Source: an uncultured Candidatus Entotheonella sp. (GTDB taxonomy: Bacteria > Tectomicrobia > Entotheonellia > Entotheonellales > Entotheonellaceae). From it: 64,000 nucleotides of DNA. Of the stretch, positions 40,793-51,901 are shown piece after piece. Under the pieces are notes generated by a model that was given only the letters and a program-made list of their open reading frames with translations, did not search any database and was not told where the DNA came from. The DNA lies in assembly GCA_965217185.1 (NCBI GenBank), contig OZ244252.1, positions 2,464,001-2,528,000 of the forward strand, given 5' to 3'. How positions within the stretch are numbered: the first letter of the stretch is position 1; every line of letters begins with the position of its first letter. Both the position numbers and the translations under genes were made by a program.

Positions 40793-41130
40793 TGGCGGAT
40801 TGCTACGCCAATGAGAATTTCCCGCTACCGGTTGTCGAGGCCTTGCGGGAGTTGGGCCACGACCTGTTGACCACGTACGAAAGCGGCAAGGCAGGTCAGG
40901 CTATGTCGGATGAAGACATTTTGGCATTCGCGATCGCCGAGTCGCGGGTCGTGCTCACCCTCAATCGCCGCCATTTCATCCGTCTGCATCAGGCGATGCC
41001 CGACCACAGCGGCATCATTGTCTGCACCTACGACCCGGACTTCGAGGCGCTTGCCGGCCGCATCCATAGAGAATTGGAGACGTACTCAGACTGGACTGGC
41101 CGATTGGTCCGAATCAACCGGCCGGCGTAG
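40792..41130 (+). CDS. DUF5615 PIN-like toxin
   Basis: YANENFP, SDEDIL and LTLNRRHF motifs; coupled to DUF433. Confidence 0.82.
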   Translation: MADCYANENFPLPVVEALRELGHDLLTTYESGKAGQAMSDEDILAFAIAESRVVLTLNRRHFIRLHQAMPDHSGIIVCTYDPDFEALAGRIHRELETYSDWTGRLVRINRPA

Positions 41131-41428
41131 ACGCGCCGAACAGACCATGCAACGGTCTGACCATACGGCAACCTACCGCATCGTAGCTATATGCTGAAAC
41201 TGCTGAAGGTCGGAGACAGGCCGTCTGCAACTCAGGCACGCGCCGCTTGAGCCGTCCACGCCCTGGAGAATATTCCACGAGTAACGGGGCGGCCGGCAAT
41301 CGGGTGAGAACGCCGCCAGGGCGTAACCTGCGGGCAAAGGACTCAGGTTCGCGTGCGCCGATGCTTTCTATGCCCGACGCCGGCGTCGGCAGGTGCCAGG
41401 ACGAGGCGGCTTCTTCTCGCTGTCGGCA

Positions 41429-41457
41429 ACTTCGGATAACCCTGCGTTATGTCAAAA
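41429..41457 (+). other. dif-like XerC/D site
   Basis: acttcggataa-ccctgcg-ttatgtcaaaa (7-bp spacer). Confidence 0.55.
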
Positions 41458-41661
41458 TTCCGGCTTGGTGGGGTCGGCTTGGTGGGGTCGGCTTGGTGGC
41501 CGATGAAAAGCGCGATTCGATGCGACCGCCCCGGCACCGACTGCGACCTTCCAGCGGCCAGGGCGGCATACCTTCAAGCCATTGGCGCGCTACAACCCGG
41601 ATGCCCTGCCACACGTCGCCGACCGTGGGCAATGCGGGCAGGTTCTGACAAGCGATTGGGG

Positions 41662-42105
41662 TCAGCGACCAACGATGTCGTCTTGCATGGCCGACAGCAC
41701 ACTCATAATCGCGGCGTGATCCGACGTGCTGACACCCGCCTGTTCCATGGCCGCGTCGAAATGCCCGGCGATGATGGCAAACTCCGCCTCGGTAATTCCC
41801 ATGCCCGCATGGGCCTCCCGCATGCTTTTCCCCTTATAGGTGCACGGGCCGTCGGTGGCTTCACACACCTGGTCGATCAGGTGGCCTCTGAGTTTGGCCA
41901 TGTCCGTGTCGGCGAAACGACCGTTGACCCGGTCATCGCCGGCGACATTGGCGAGGAAATAATCGACCATGGTCTCCACACCAGACTGGTAACCGATTCG
42001 TTCGTAAATGAGGTGAGCGCCTGCCACGCTCTCGTCGGGCACAGACAGCAGCAAAAGACCACCCAGAACAGCGATACCAATACCCATGAAGCGACGTTTC
42101 TGCAT
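41662..42105 (-). CDS. group 1 truncated hemoglobin with N-terminal signal peptide
   Basis: IYERIG, GPCTYKGKSMREAHAGMGITEAEF motifs. Confidence 0.88.
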   Translation of the reverse strand: MQKRRFMGIGIAVLGGLLLLSVPDESVAGAHLIYERIGYQSGVETMVDYFLANVAGDDRVNGRFADTDMAKLRGHLIDQVCEATDGPCTYKGKSMREAHAGMGITEAEFAIIAGHFDAAMEQAGVSTSDHAAIMSVLSAMQDDIVGR

Positions 42106-42198
42106 CTTGCATCCTCCCTGTAAGCAAGCCATCGGTACGCGGCGATTCACGCGGCCGGATACTTTGCCACACACCGCCGACTGGACGCAATATGGCCA

Positions 42199-42226
42199 TA
42201 TTCCGATAAGTCGGCTTATGTCAACT
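42199..42226 (+). other. dif-like XerC/D site
   Basis: tattccgataa-gtcggc-ttatgtcaact (11-6-11 layout). Confidence 0.65.
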
Positions 42227-42571
42227 TTGAATTGGGGTCGTTACTGGCTGAAACGGCTTTTGGGTGGGCTTCCCCACCGGTGCCGGGGCGCCCGGGCCTG
42301 AAAGGTCCGGGACCTGCAGCCGGGTGGGCGCCGGTGGGGAAGCGTCAGCGGCATGAGCTATGCACAGCTCGCCGTGTGGCTGGGCCGCCTCGGCCTCGGG
42401 TGCGGGCTTGCGGTCGCCTACCTAGCGCAGGTGCTGGGCGCCGAAGGGGACGTGGAGTCTCGCGTGGCGGCGGCGTTGGGCGAGGCGTTTACGAGGGTCT
42501 TTTTGCAGTGACATCGGGCCAGCTATTGGGGAGGAACGCGAGTTCCTCGTGAACGATCGTGGCTGTGCCAA

Positions 42572-43141
42572 TCAGATGGAATCCTGGTGCGGTCGAATGA
42601 GCGACGCCGTTCGGATCAGACCCAGGCGTTCGAGTGCGACCAGGTGTTCGTTTGCGGTTCGCGGTGGATTTCTCAACGCCGCGCGGTGACCGCGAACGGC
42701 CGCGAGCGCAGCTTCCGGGTCGGCATCGAGCAGATCGGCGATGAACACGTCGGGATGCTGCGCGGTGAGGCCGTGGGGAGCCAGACGGTCAGCCGGGAAG
42801 TCGCGCAGGTTGCGGGTCACGATCAGGTCCGCCCCGCCTTCAGTCGCCGCGGCCAACACATGGAGGTCGTCGGCGTCCGGCAGATCAAGTCCGGCGGCTC
42901 GTGCCGAGTATCCTGTCACAACGGCATGGGGAAAGTGCCGGTTCATCACCGCGCGGGTTCGTTCCAATACATCGGCCGTGAGATCGGGGCGGTCAGCCAG
43001 AACGCTCCCTATCCATTCCGCGTGGATGTCCGCGCTCCATAAAGGCGCATACAGGTATTGGTCGGCGAGACGCAGAAGAAAATCCCGAAGGCCGGCCGGA
43101 TAGAGGACGTTGGCGTCGAGCAACGCCGCGAGGACGCTCAT
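42572..43141 (-). CDS. PIN-domain toxin
   Basis: LLDANVLYP, LPDADDLHVLAAA and VTRNLRDFP motifs. Confidence 0.87.
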   Translation of the reverse strand: MSVLAALLDANVLYPAGLRDFLLRLADQYLYAPLWSADIHAEWIGSVLADRPDLTADVLERTRAVMNRHFPHAVVTGYSARAAGLDLPDADDLHVLAAATEGGADLIVTRNLRDFPADRLAPHGLTAQHPDVFIADLLDADPEAALAAVRGHRAALRNPPRTANEHLVALERLGLIRTASLIRPHQDSI

Positions 43142-43144
43142 GGA

Positions 43145-43591
43145 CTATTGTAAGCCGAGGTCCTGATCGACGGCGGTAAGTTCATCCAGCGCCTTGCGGC
43201 GACGGGATTCCGTCTCGCGACGGTAGTCAAGGATATCTCGGGCGCGGACGCGGCGATGCGCGCCTACCTTACGGCAGGGGATTCGGCCCTCGTCGAGCAA
43301 CTGCACCAAGTGCGTTCGCGATACCTGCAAGAGGTCGGCTGCCTGGCGCGTCGTCAGTTCCGCATGCAGGGGCGTCAATGCCACGCCATTGCCGTGCGCC
43401 ATGTGGTCCAGTATTTCCTTGAGCAGCCGGACCGCCGACGTCGGGATGTCAACGGGTTCGCCGGTAGCGACGCCGAAACGCGTAGGAACCGGGTCCGATC
43501 CATCACCCCATCCGGCTAGCTTTCGGCCTGCTTGGTCCGCGAGGGCCGCATCGCGGTCGCTCGGAATGCCTATCGCTGTCGTTGCGTTCAT
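43145..43591 (-). CDS. excisionase-like HTH antitoxin
   Basis: ELTTRQAADLLQVSR and KVGAHRRV motifs. Confidence 0.85.
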   Translation of the reverse strand: MNATTAIGIPSDRDAALADQAGRKLAGWGDGSDPVPTRFGVATGEPVDIPTSAVRLLKEILDHMAHGNGVALTPLHAELTTRQAADLLQVSRTHLVQLLDEGRIPCRKVGAHRRVRARDILDYRRETESRRRKALDELTAVDQDLGLQ

Positions 43592-44054
43592 CGTAGTTCT
43601 CCATCATCCTACGACAAGGTAGACGACAAACAACACAAATGCAACATCTGACACAAACACCACGATGTCTGTACATCACCGCGCCGAAGCGAACCTGCCC
43701 CGGTAACAACATAGCTGTCGTAGAGTGCCAAATGAACGCCGTTTCATTTAACGACCCGATACTGTTGGCGAACCCCAATTGAATCGGCCAAGTGGCCAAG
43801 TTTGGACAACGGCCGCGAGCCCCGACATGGGCCTCACCATTGACATTGCTGGCTCCCTCCTGTGCGACAAGGGGGGTCAGATGACTGCAAGCAGGGTTCG
43901 CCAACAGTATCCGACCCTTAAGCAAGACACCTCCGACCACCTCCAAATACCTCTTGAAACAACGTCTTTTCTGTTTCATCTGTCCGTCTCACCTTTTACA
44001 CTCTCGATAACTCGTTTGTGCCGTGCATAGATGCAACAGGTAGAGGAGGTCCGC

Positions 44055-44657
44055 ATGAGAAGGCTGGTTGGCTACGCTCGGGTCAGCACTGGCGACCAGG
44101 ACCTGCAGTTACAATTGGACGCACTGAAGGCGGCGGGGTGTGATAAGGTCGCCATCTACACGGACAAGGCGTCTGGTGCTCGTGGAAGCCGGCCCGGACT
44201 CGATGCATGCATCGCCACGCTGAAACCGGGGGATACGCTGGTCGTCTGGCGGCTGGACCGCTTGGGGCGCTCGATGCCGCATCTGGTGGGCCTGGTCGAG
44301 GAGCTGCTGGGCAAGGGCATCGGCTTCCGCTCCCTCCAGGACGGTGCCATCGACACCACCACGGCATCCGGGGAACTCATGTTCAACATATTCTCGAGCC
44401 TAGCGCAGTTCGAGCGGCGGCTCATCCAAGAAAGGACGCAGGCGGGCCTGGCTGCAGCACGGGCGCGGGGCCGTCTCGGCGGTCGCCGGCCGATCAGTCC
44501 TGACGATCCGCGGGTGGTGACTGCCAAGCGACTCCATAAGGACCGCAACCTGAGCATCGACCAGATCTGTGCGACGTTGAGTATCTCACGACCGACCTTT
44601 TATCGTTATCTGGCGTTGCCCGATGTTATCGGCAAGGACTGTACACAGAAACCTTGA
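44055..44657 (+). CDS. serine resolvase/invertase
   Basis: GYARVST, VWRLDRLGRS and C-terminal HTH SRPTFYRY. Confidence 0.93.
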   Translation: MRRLVGYARVSTGDQDLQLQLDALKAAGCDKVAIYTDKASGARGSRPGLDACIATLKPGDTLVVWRLDRLGRSMPHLVGLVEELLGKGIGFRSLQDGAIDTTTASGELMFNIFSSLAQFERRLIQERTQAGLAAARARGRLGGRRPISPDDPRVVTAKRLHKDRNLSIDQICATLSISRPTFYRYLALPDVIGKDCTQKP

Positions 44658-44706
44658 AGCTAGCGCCGTGGGTTAAACCGGGGTGAGCTCAGAATCGGTG
44701 GCGGAC

Positions 44707-46336
44707 ATGAGCTGTCAGGACAAAAGAAGAGTTCTAACCAAATTGCTTGGAATAATCGGATTGGTAGGGTTCCTCGCCAGTTGTGGCGGCGGTGGGGAGC
44801 TAGATATTGTAATTCCCGACAGTCTGAATAGCCGTGACTACGCTAAGGCTGCGTACCAAAGCCCAAATTATCACCCATATCAGACAGCTTCTCATGCCTA
44901 TGTGTGGGGTGACACGGTATACATCGGCGGAGATCTTGAGCCGAGAGAGGAGCTTCGCCACGTCGCAACCGAGAGCGGGATAAGGTTCTTTATGGGGGCA
45001 TCTAGGGACGGCGTGGGGATAGACCGGATTCGCAACTATGAAGATGACTTGAGAACCAGGGATGGCTCTGTCCTTGCGTTCTTGTCGTCCGATGGGTTCT
45101 ACCCGTTCCGAGTGCAGCCGAAAATCTGGATACATGACAAGTTTCTGGAGTATCCGGGAACCACTCGGGCCTTGACCGACAGCATCAAGATTTTAAACGA
45201 TGCCCTGCCGCCGGAATTTCAGCTCCAGTTTGCCGGAACTTTCAGCGCTGATGAGTTGCCGCCGTATAGAGAAGGGGAGATCCTCGCCGCGCTTCTGTCA
45301 GCTGACACCGCTAAGGTGCAGTGCGGGGCAGATGCCGTCGCTTGTGCAAGCAGCACCATCCCATTAGGGTGTAAGTCCGAAATTGAGCGATTCTGAGGGG
45401 GTTTGGTACGGCTTGGGGACATGATTGATGCGCGAGGTGACAAAGTGTCACGTAGGACGGTGGGTGATGGGCAGCACTCCTCTGGGGTATTGTTGGTTTA
45501 TCTACAAAATTGGCGCACGGACGGGCCGCCTAACTGGTCAATTTGAGACCTACGCCCTCCCATTAGGTACGAACTACACCCGTTCCGCCATCTTGCGCAT
45601 CCCTGACGATTTCGATACCTCGCAATACACGTTTCCCCGCACGGTCATCATTCACGAGTTCCTGCATGCTCTCGGTATTCAAGGGCACGTGGACAGCATC
45701 GAATTTCCCGACTCTATCATGGGAACGTCGGGCGATTTTTTTCCCAACCCGGGCTTCACAATTCATCGCATCGACAGGGAAGTCTTGCAGATCATGTACA
45801 TGCAACAGAAAACGGACACGTACAACGATTACGGGGAGTGGTCTGATACAATCCTGCACATCGTTGGGCGCTCAGAAGATGAGGTTGTCCACTTTGGCGT
45901 AGCGTTGTTCAACGGCCTGCCACAGCCATGGGCGAGGGGCCGCCTGCCCGATTCCGCCTTGGCCGACAATGCGAACTTGACGGGCACCGTTTCCTGGAGT
46001 GGTCAACTGCTTGCCTTCTCGGGACCATCACCTGTTATCGGCAGTGTTGAGCTTGAAGTGATGCTGAGTAGCCTGGACACGACACAGGACCTGAAATTCC
46101 GTGACCTTTACTTCGTCAACCGATTCGAGAGCGAAGGGGATGATCGCTAGTTCCCGAGCCGCAATCTCGACTATGAGGTGGACATTTCAGGGAACGAGTT
46201 TTCGCACGCCTCCACCGAGGGCCTTATTACGGGGGCCTTCCTTGGGCCTGAACATGAGGCCATGGGAGGGACGATCAAGCGCACAGACCTCGTGGGGGCT
46301 TTCGGTGGAACACGACCTATGGAAGAAAGCCAGTAA
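44707..46336 (+). pseudogene. lipoprotein with zincin motif, disrupted by a MITE and a premature stop at 46148
   Basis: LASCGGGG lipobox; HEFLHALG motif; frame restored on removing the MITE and one TSD copy. Confidence 0.75.
45367..45557 (+). mobile_element. 191-bp MITE, copy 1 (TSD tcccatta)
   Basis: TIRs gggtgtaagtccgaaattga / tcaatttgagacctacgccc; 8-bp direct repeats. Confidence 0.93.
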
Positions 46337-46390
46337 GCCGAGGGGACTCCAACAGATTGGCTCGTCATCGCTGCCCGTCTCTCCCCGTCA

Positions 46391-46418
46391 ACTTCTGATA
46401 AGCGGTATTCTGTTAACT
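46391..46418 (+). other. dif-like XerC/D site
   Basis: acttctgataa-gcggta-ttctgttaact (11-6-11 layout). Confidence 0.55.
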
Positions 46419-46757
46419 TCCGGGACTGCTCCGGACGCCGGGACGAATTTGGCACTCTGTGACAGCTATGTTGTTACTGGGCCCGACTGCAGGTATCCAA
46501 CAGTGCGTGGCGCGGTCGTGACGGCACTGTCGCCGATAGCGGCCTGTCTGCCTGGGGCAACGTGAACCGGGTTGTCTTGAGGATTGGCGCTGACGGCGGC
46601 ACGGCCTTGCTCAAGAAGTCGTCGCAGGATTGAATGCCGCGGACCCAAGGGTCAAAGCGTTTGAGACGCAGTGGGATGCCTTGGGCCTGAGAATTCAGCC
46701 GGCAGGGGCCGAAAACGTGACAAATATCTCTTTCACGTTCCGGGCCACATCCTTTGG

Positions 46758-47922
46758 ACTCTCGCCAAATTAGATCATCCATTTTTACGAAATAACCTGG
46801 TAGGCTGTGCGGATGAACGCCGTGTCGCAGACCATCAAAGAGAAGTTCGAGGCACTGAAGCCGTTGTTGGACGAACGAGGCCGGCGTCGATGGGCGGCGA
46901 CCGAAGCCCGCGCCATCGGTCGTGGCGGTATCGAACGGGTGTTCCAGGCGACCGGCATCGCACGCAGCACGGTGCGCGCAGGCTTGCAGGAACTGGGCGC
47001 TACGCAGTCGCAGGGTCCGCCAGCGGCGCCAGCGGGACGGCAACGCCGAGCGGGCGGGGGCCGCAAGCGGCTGAGCGAACAGGACCCGGACCTGCGCACG
47101 GCGTTGGAGCAGTTGGTTGAACCGCTCAGCCGTGGTGATCCGACAAGTCCGTTGCGCTGGACCTGCAAAAGTGCAGCGAAGTTGGCCGCGCAACTGCAAG
47201 CGGCGGGTCATCCGGTCAGTGAACGGACGGTGAACCGGATGCTGCACGAGTTGGGCTACCGGTTGCAGACGAACCGCAAGACGCTGGAAGGCCGCCAGCA
47301 TCCTGATCGGGACGCGCAGTTTGCGCATATCAACGAACGCTGCCAAGCGTTCCAGGCGCAGGGTCAGCCGGTGATATCGGTAGACACGAAGAAGAAGGAA
47401 TTGATAGGCCAGTACCGCAACGGCGGGCGAGAATGGCGACCGCAGGGGCGGCCGGAGGAGGTGAAGGTGTACGACTTCCCGGACAAGGAGTTGGGCAAGG
47501 CGATTCCTTGCGGGGTGTACGACTTGGTGGCCAACGAGGGCTGGGTCAGTGTCGGGGTGGACCCCGACACGGCGGCGTTTGCGGTGGCGACGATTCGGCG
47601 TTGGTGGCGGCAGATGGGATGGCGTGTCTATGGCGGGGCACAGCGCTTGCTGATCACGGCGGCCGGTGGCGGCTCCAACGCCAGCCGCAACCGCCTGTGG
47701 AAGTTGGAGCTGCAGCGGCTTGCCGATGAGCTGGGGCTGGCGATATCGGTGTGCCATTTTCCGCCCGGAACGAGCAAGTGGAACAAGATCGAGCACCGGA
47801 TGTTCTGTCACATTACCGAGAACTGGCGTGGACGCCCGTTGGTAAGCCGTGAGGCGGTGGTGAACTTGATCGGCAACACGACTACGAAGGGCGGTCTGGA
47901 GATACAGGCGGAGTTGGACGGT
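46758..47922 (+). mobile_element. ISAzo13-family IS, 3'-truncated transposase (ATG 46813)
   Basis: SPLRWTCKS, ISVDTKKKE and PPGTSKWNKIEHRMF motifs; C-terminal WNY missing. Confidence 0.88.
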
Positions 47923-48025
47923 GGAAGACAGTATGGGCCGGTAAGAACTAAGGGAACAGAGCCGGGGAATGACTTTCCCCGGCTCTGGGCTATAACTTGC
48001 AAAATGACAAGGAGATGTATCAGGT

Positions 48026-48533
48026 ATGCGACACTTAGTTATTGGTTTGGGCGTAGGTCTCAAATTGACCAGTTAGGCGGCCCGTCCGTGCGCCAATTTT
48101 GTAGATAAACCAACAATACCCCAGAGGAGTGCTGCCCATCACCCACCGTCCTACGTGACACTTTGTCACCTCGCGCATCAATCATGTCCCCAAGCCGTAC
48201 CAGACCCCCTCAGAATCGCTCAATTTCGGACTTACACCCATTGGTTTGTTGCTTGTCGTTCTGGCCGGATGCGGTGGAAACGATGAAAGTGGTGGAATCC
48301 TGCCCATGTACGACTTGACTGGGATCTGGGAAGCCGCGGCACCGGTAGAATGCAGTGGCACCTTTGCTCGACTTTGTACAAAGTTGGTCAAGGTCAGTGC
48401 GTATAACAGGCCGATTGCATCAAGCCCTGTAGATAGACTCGAGGGATTTCTACCCACTCCGTGTCGGGCGTTGATGTTGAAAAACACTCGACCTCCCATA
48501 GATGCTGCCGTACCGCTGCCAAAGCATCGCTGA
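48026..48533 (+). pseudogene. small lipoprotein disrupted by a MITE in its signal peptide
   Basis: Removing the MITE gives MRHLVIGLLLVVLAGCGGND. Confidence 0.65.
48049..48239 (-). mobile_element. 191-bp MITE, copy 2 (TSD attggttt)
   Basis: Reverse complement of copy 1 with one noticed mismatch. Confidence 0.93.
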
Positions 48534-48802
48534 ACGTTGCAGGGTAAGCGCATATGGCGTTATTCGGGGGCAAACCGCTTGCGTCTAGTCTTTACCCTCG
48601 ACGGAATATCAAGGGGTAATTCGAAAATTGCTGAAACCAAACGCATGGCAATGCTCATATGCGCTTACTTGGGCTGGCAACCCATGCTTCAGGGGCGGAT
48701 CTGTTGGCACCCCGGGCAATCTGTTACCATGCCGGGCTGACACCGCAGCCGAGTGCAAAGGAAGTCGGCTTGCGCGCCGCAAATCCGACCTGCATCGAAG
48801 GA

Positions 48803-49210
48803 ATGAGCGTGCCCGGAATTCTCGACCGGTTGGCACAAAACGCCCGTGTGCACCTGTACGAATTTCTGCAGCGGCACGTCTTCACCGCGCCCGCCGGCGC
48901 GCCATGGCAGGACACCGGCGACTGGCCGGACGAACCCCTCCATGACGACGACGCCGAGCCGCATGAGCCGTCCGGCCCGCTGCCCTACAGCACCGAGCTC
49001 GCTCGAGCGTATCGGGTTCTCGACCTGCCCTTTGGCGCGCCGCTGGCGAACGCTGACCGGCGTTGGAAGACCTACCTGAAACGCTGCCATCCGGACCGTT
49101 TTCACGCCGATCCGAGCCGACAGGCCGACGCCACCGAACTCACCCAGCAACTGAACGCAGCCCACGACCTTATCGAAGCCGCCTGGAAGAACGCCAGCAG
49201 GTCGGATTAG
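48803..49210 (+). CDS. J-domain (DnaJ-like) protein
   Basis: AYRVLDL, CHPD and LNAAHDLI motifs. Confidence 0.8.
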   Translation: MSVPGILDRLAQNARVHLYEFLQRHVFTAPAGAPWQDTGDWPDEPLHDDDAEPHEPSGPLPYSTELARAYRVLDLPFGAPLANADRRWKTYLKRCHPDRFHADPSRQADATELTQQLNAAHDLIEAAWKNASRSD

Positions 49211-49275
49211 CGCAGCGTAATCCGAGCATCACCAGCCCTGGGAGCACAGGTACCCATCAACCGGGAGGAAACGCA

Positions 49276-50313
49276 ATGCCCACTCTTGCACCACAAGAAC
49301 TTCATCGGATTGGCGATGACATCTTGCAGGCCGCCGGGGCGTCCGGCGAGGAAGCGCAAATCGTCATGCAGCACCTGGTAGGGGCCAACCTCGCCGGGCA
49401 CGACTCGCACGGCATCATCCTGCTGCCCACCTACATCGCGCGCATCAAACGGTCCCACATCGTGCCCGGGGCGCCGATGGAAGTGGAGCGCGAAACGCCA
49501 ACCAGCGCCCACATCAACGGCAACTGGGGCTTCGGCTACGTGGTCACCACGCGCGCCATGGAAATGGCCATCGCCAAGGCCAGCGAGCGCCAGGTGGCGG
49601 CCATCACCATCTACCAGCAAAGCCACGTCGGGCGCCTAGCCGATTATCCCCTGATGGCCGCCCGCGCCGGCATGATCGGCCTGATCACCTGCGACTCCGG
49701 GCGCGGTCCCAAGGCCGTGGCGCCGTTCGGCGGACGCGAGGCGCGCCTCGGCACCAATCCGCTGTCGGTGGCCTTCCCCAGCGACCTTGAGGGGCCGATC
49801 TTCCTCGACATGGCCACCAGCGCCGTGGCCGCCGGCAAGCTGGCCGTGCGCCGCAGCCGCGGCGAAGCGGCGCCGCCCGGCTGGGTCATCGACAAGCACG
49901 GCAACCCCACCACCGACCTCGGCGTCTACTACGACGGCGGCGCCATCCTGCCCATGGGCGGCGATCAGGGCCACAAGGGCTTCGTGCTGTCCTTCATGGT
50001 CGAAACCCTGTCCGGCATTCTCACCGGCCTCGGCTTCGGCATCGATCCGCAAGGGCGGCACAACGACGGCTCCTTCCTGGCCGTGTTCGACGTCGAGGCG
50101 TTCCGGCCCCTCGCCGAATTCAAGCGCGACATCGCTGCCTTCGTTGACTACCTCAAGGCCACGCCACCGGCGGCAGGCTTCACCGAAGTGCTCTACCCCG
50201 GCGAGCTGGAATTCCGCACCACGCAGCAGCGCCAACGCGACGGCATCTACGTGGAGGACGCCACCTGGGATCTCATTACCGGGCTGCAGCAGGAATACGG
50301 TCTGAGCGGGTGA
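49276..50313 (+). CDS. LDH2-family (malate/lactate/ureidoglycolate-type) dehydrogenase
   Basis: GHDSHG, SHVGRL, LGTNP, LDMATS and HKG motifs. Confidence 0.9.
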   Translation: MPTLAPQELHRIGDDILQAAGASGEEAQIVMQHLVGANLAGHDSHGIILLPTYIARIKRSHIVPGAPMEVERETPTSAHINGNWGFGYVVTTRAMEMAIAKASERQVAAITIYQQSHVGRLADYPLMAARAGMIGLITCDSGRGPKAVAPFGGREARLGTNPLSVAFPSDLEGPIFLDMATSAVAAGKLAVRRSRGEAAPPGWVIDKHGNPTTDLGVYYDGGAILPMGGDQGHKGFVLSFMVETLSGILTGLGFGIDPQGRHNDGSFLAVFDVEAFRPLAEFKRDIAAFVDYLKATPPAAGFTEVLYPGELEFRTTQQRQRDGIYVEDATWDLITGLQQEYGLSG

Positions 50314-50373
50314 TGTGCGTGCGTGGCAGCCCTGCAATCCGGGCCCGCCCTTTCAAAACAGGAGGATGGCAGT

Positions 50374-50640
50374 GTGACGAGATCGTTGACCATCGACTAC
50401 CGCGATGACGTCCTGCTGGCCTTGGGTTTGACCCCTGAGGAGTTCCGAGAAGAGGCAAAGATACTCATTGCCGTCAAGCTCTACGAAATGGGCCGATTGT
50501 CCACCGGTGCAGCGGCTGATTTGGCAGGCGTTCCCAAGACATTATTCTTGACCAAGTTGGCGGACTACGGCGTCAACACCTTTGACCTGTCTGAGGAAGA
50601 GCTTCAGCGCGACGTGGCCAATGCGCGCCGTCATCTGTAA
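50374..50640 (+). CDS. UPF0175 antitoxin-like protein
   Basis: AVKLYEMGRLSTGAAADLAGV motif. Confidence 0.85.
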   Translation: MTRSLTIDYRDDVLLALGLTPEEFREEAKILIAVKLYEMGRLSTGAAADLAGVPKTLFLTKLADYGVNTFDLSEEELQRDVANARRHL

Positions 50641-51011
50641 TACGTCACCGCTCCAGTATCTGCATCAAATCGATCTTCTGCACCTGCTGCCGACCCTGTT
50701 TGGGCCAGTGCAGGTGCCATCGGCCGTGGTGGCTGAACTGAGCGAAGGCCGAAGGCGGGGGAAAAGAAGTCCTCGCACTGGGGCTGGAGACTTCCGGCGC
50801 CCTGCTCGTCCTGGATGATCGGGACGCGCGGCGGCATGCCATCGCAATGGGATTGGAGATTACCGGGACAGTCGGCATCTTGCTGTTGGCGAAGGAACGC
50901 GGCATTCTCGATTCGATTCAACCCGCTCTGGCTCGTCTCCAGGCGTTACGATTCCGACTGAGCGCCGAAACCCGCCGGATCGTGCTCGATTTGGCTGGGG
51001 AGAACGCTTGA
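50621..51011 (+). pseudogene. DUF3368 PIN-like toxin with internal deletion/frameshift
   Basis: ICNTSPL N-terminus; EVLAL...LDDRDAR...GTVGIL continues in another frame after about 50760. Confidence 0.78.
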
Positions 51012-51127
51012 ACGCCGGCATGGATTTGTTGCAATAACCTGGGCAATCATGCAGACTTACGCCGTTTTTGCCGCCCCCAGCCTGCGGGCAACACGTCCCC
51101 CCGCCCCGGAGCCAGCGAACAGCGCTT

Positions 51128-51901
51128 ATGATGCTCGGCGTGCTTACCCAACTCGGCAGTGTCACCCTGACGCGACTCGCCGCTCTCGGACGAGCCGGGT
51201 TTTTTGTCGGGCAGGTGCTGGCGCTTGTCGTCGTGCCGCCGCTCAAGGGGCGGCTCATCGTGCAGCAGATGCACTTCATCGGGGCGCGCTCCGTGCTGGT
51301 CATCGCCCTGACGGGCGCCTTCGCCGGCATGGTACTGGGCCTGCAGGGCTTTAACGTGCTGACGCGGTTCGGCTCCGAGGCCCTGCTCGGGCAGTTCGTG
51401 TCGCTGACGCTGATTACCGAGCTGGGGCCGGTGTTTGCGGCCATCATGGTGACGGCGCGGGCCGGCTCGGCGATTACGGCGCAGATCGGCATCATGCGCA
51501 TCACCGAGCAGCTCGACGCCATGACCGTCATGGCCCTGAATCCGTTGCGCTACGTGGCGGTGCCGAACGTCGTGGCGGGCACCCTGGTGATGCCGCTGCT
51601 CGGCGCCATGTTCTCGGTCGTCGGCATCTGGGGCGGCTACGTCGCCGGGGTGCTGATCCTCGGCGTCAACCGCGGCACGTATTTCGGCGGCATCGCCGAC
51701 GTGGTCGATCTGCAGGACGTGACGAACGGCGCATACAAATCCCTGTGCTTCGGGCTTGTCGTGCTGCTCGTCTGTTGTTTCAAGGGCTACCGCGCGGGAT
51801 ACGGCGCCGAGGGCGTCAGCAAGGCGACCACGGAAGCGGTGGTCATCTCGGCGGTGCTCATCCTGGTGCTGGATTACGTTCTCAACACGGTGCTGCTGTG
51901 A
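51128..51901 (+). CDS. mlaE: MlaE ABC permease
   Basis: ELGPV, EQLDAM and GAEGVSKATT motifs. Confidence 0.92.
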   Translation: MMLGVLTQLGSVTLTRLAALGRAGFFVGQVLALVVVPPLKGRLIVQQMHFIGARSVLVIALTGAFAGMVLGLQGFNVLTRFGSEALLGQFVSLTLITELGPVFAAIMVTARAGSAITAQIGIMRITEQLDAMTVMALNPLRYVAVPNVVAGTLVMPLLGAMFSVVGIWGGYVAGVLILGVNRGTYFGGIADVVDLQDVTNGAYKSLCFGLVVLLVCCFKGYRAGYGAEGVSKATTEAVVISAVLILVLDYVLNTVLL

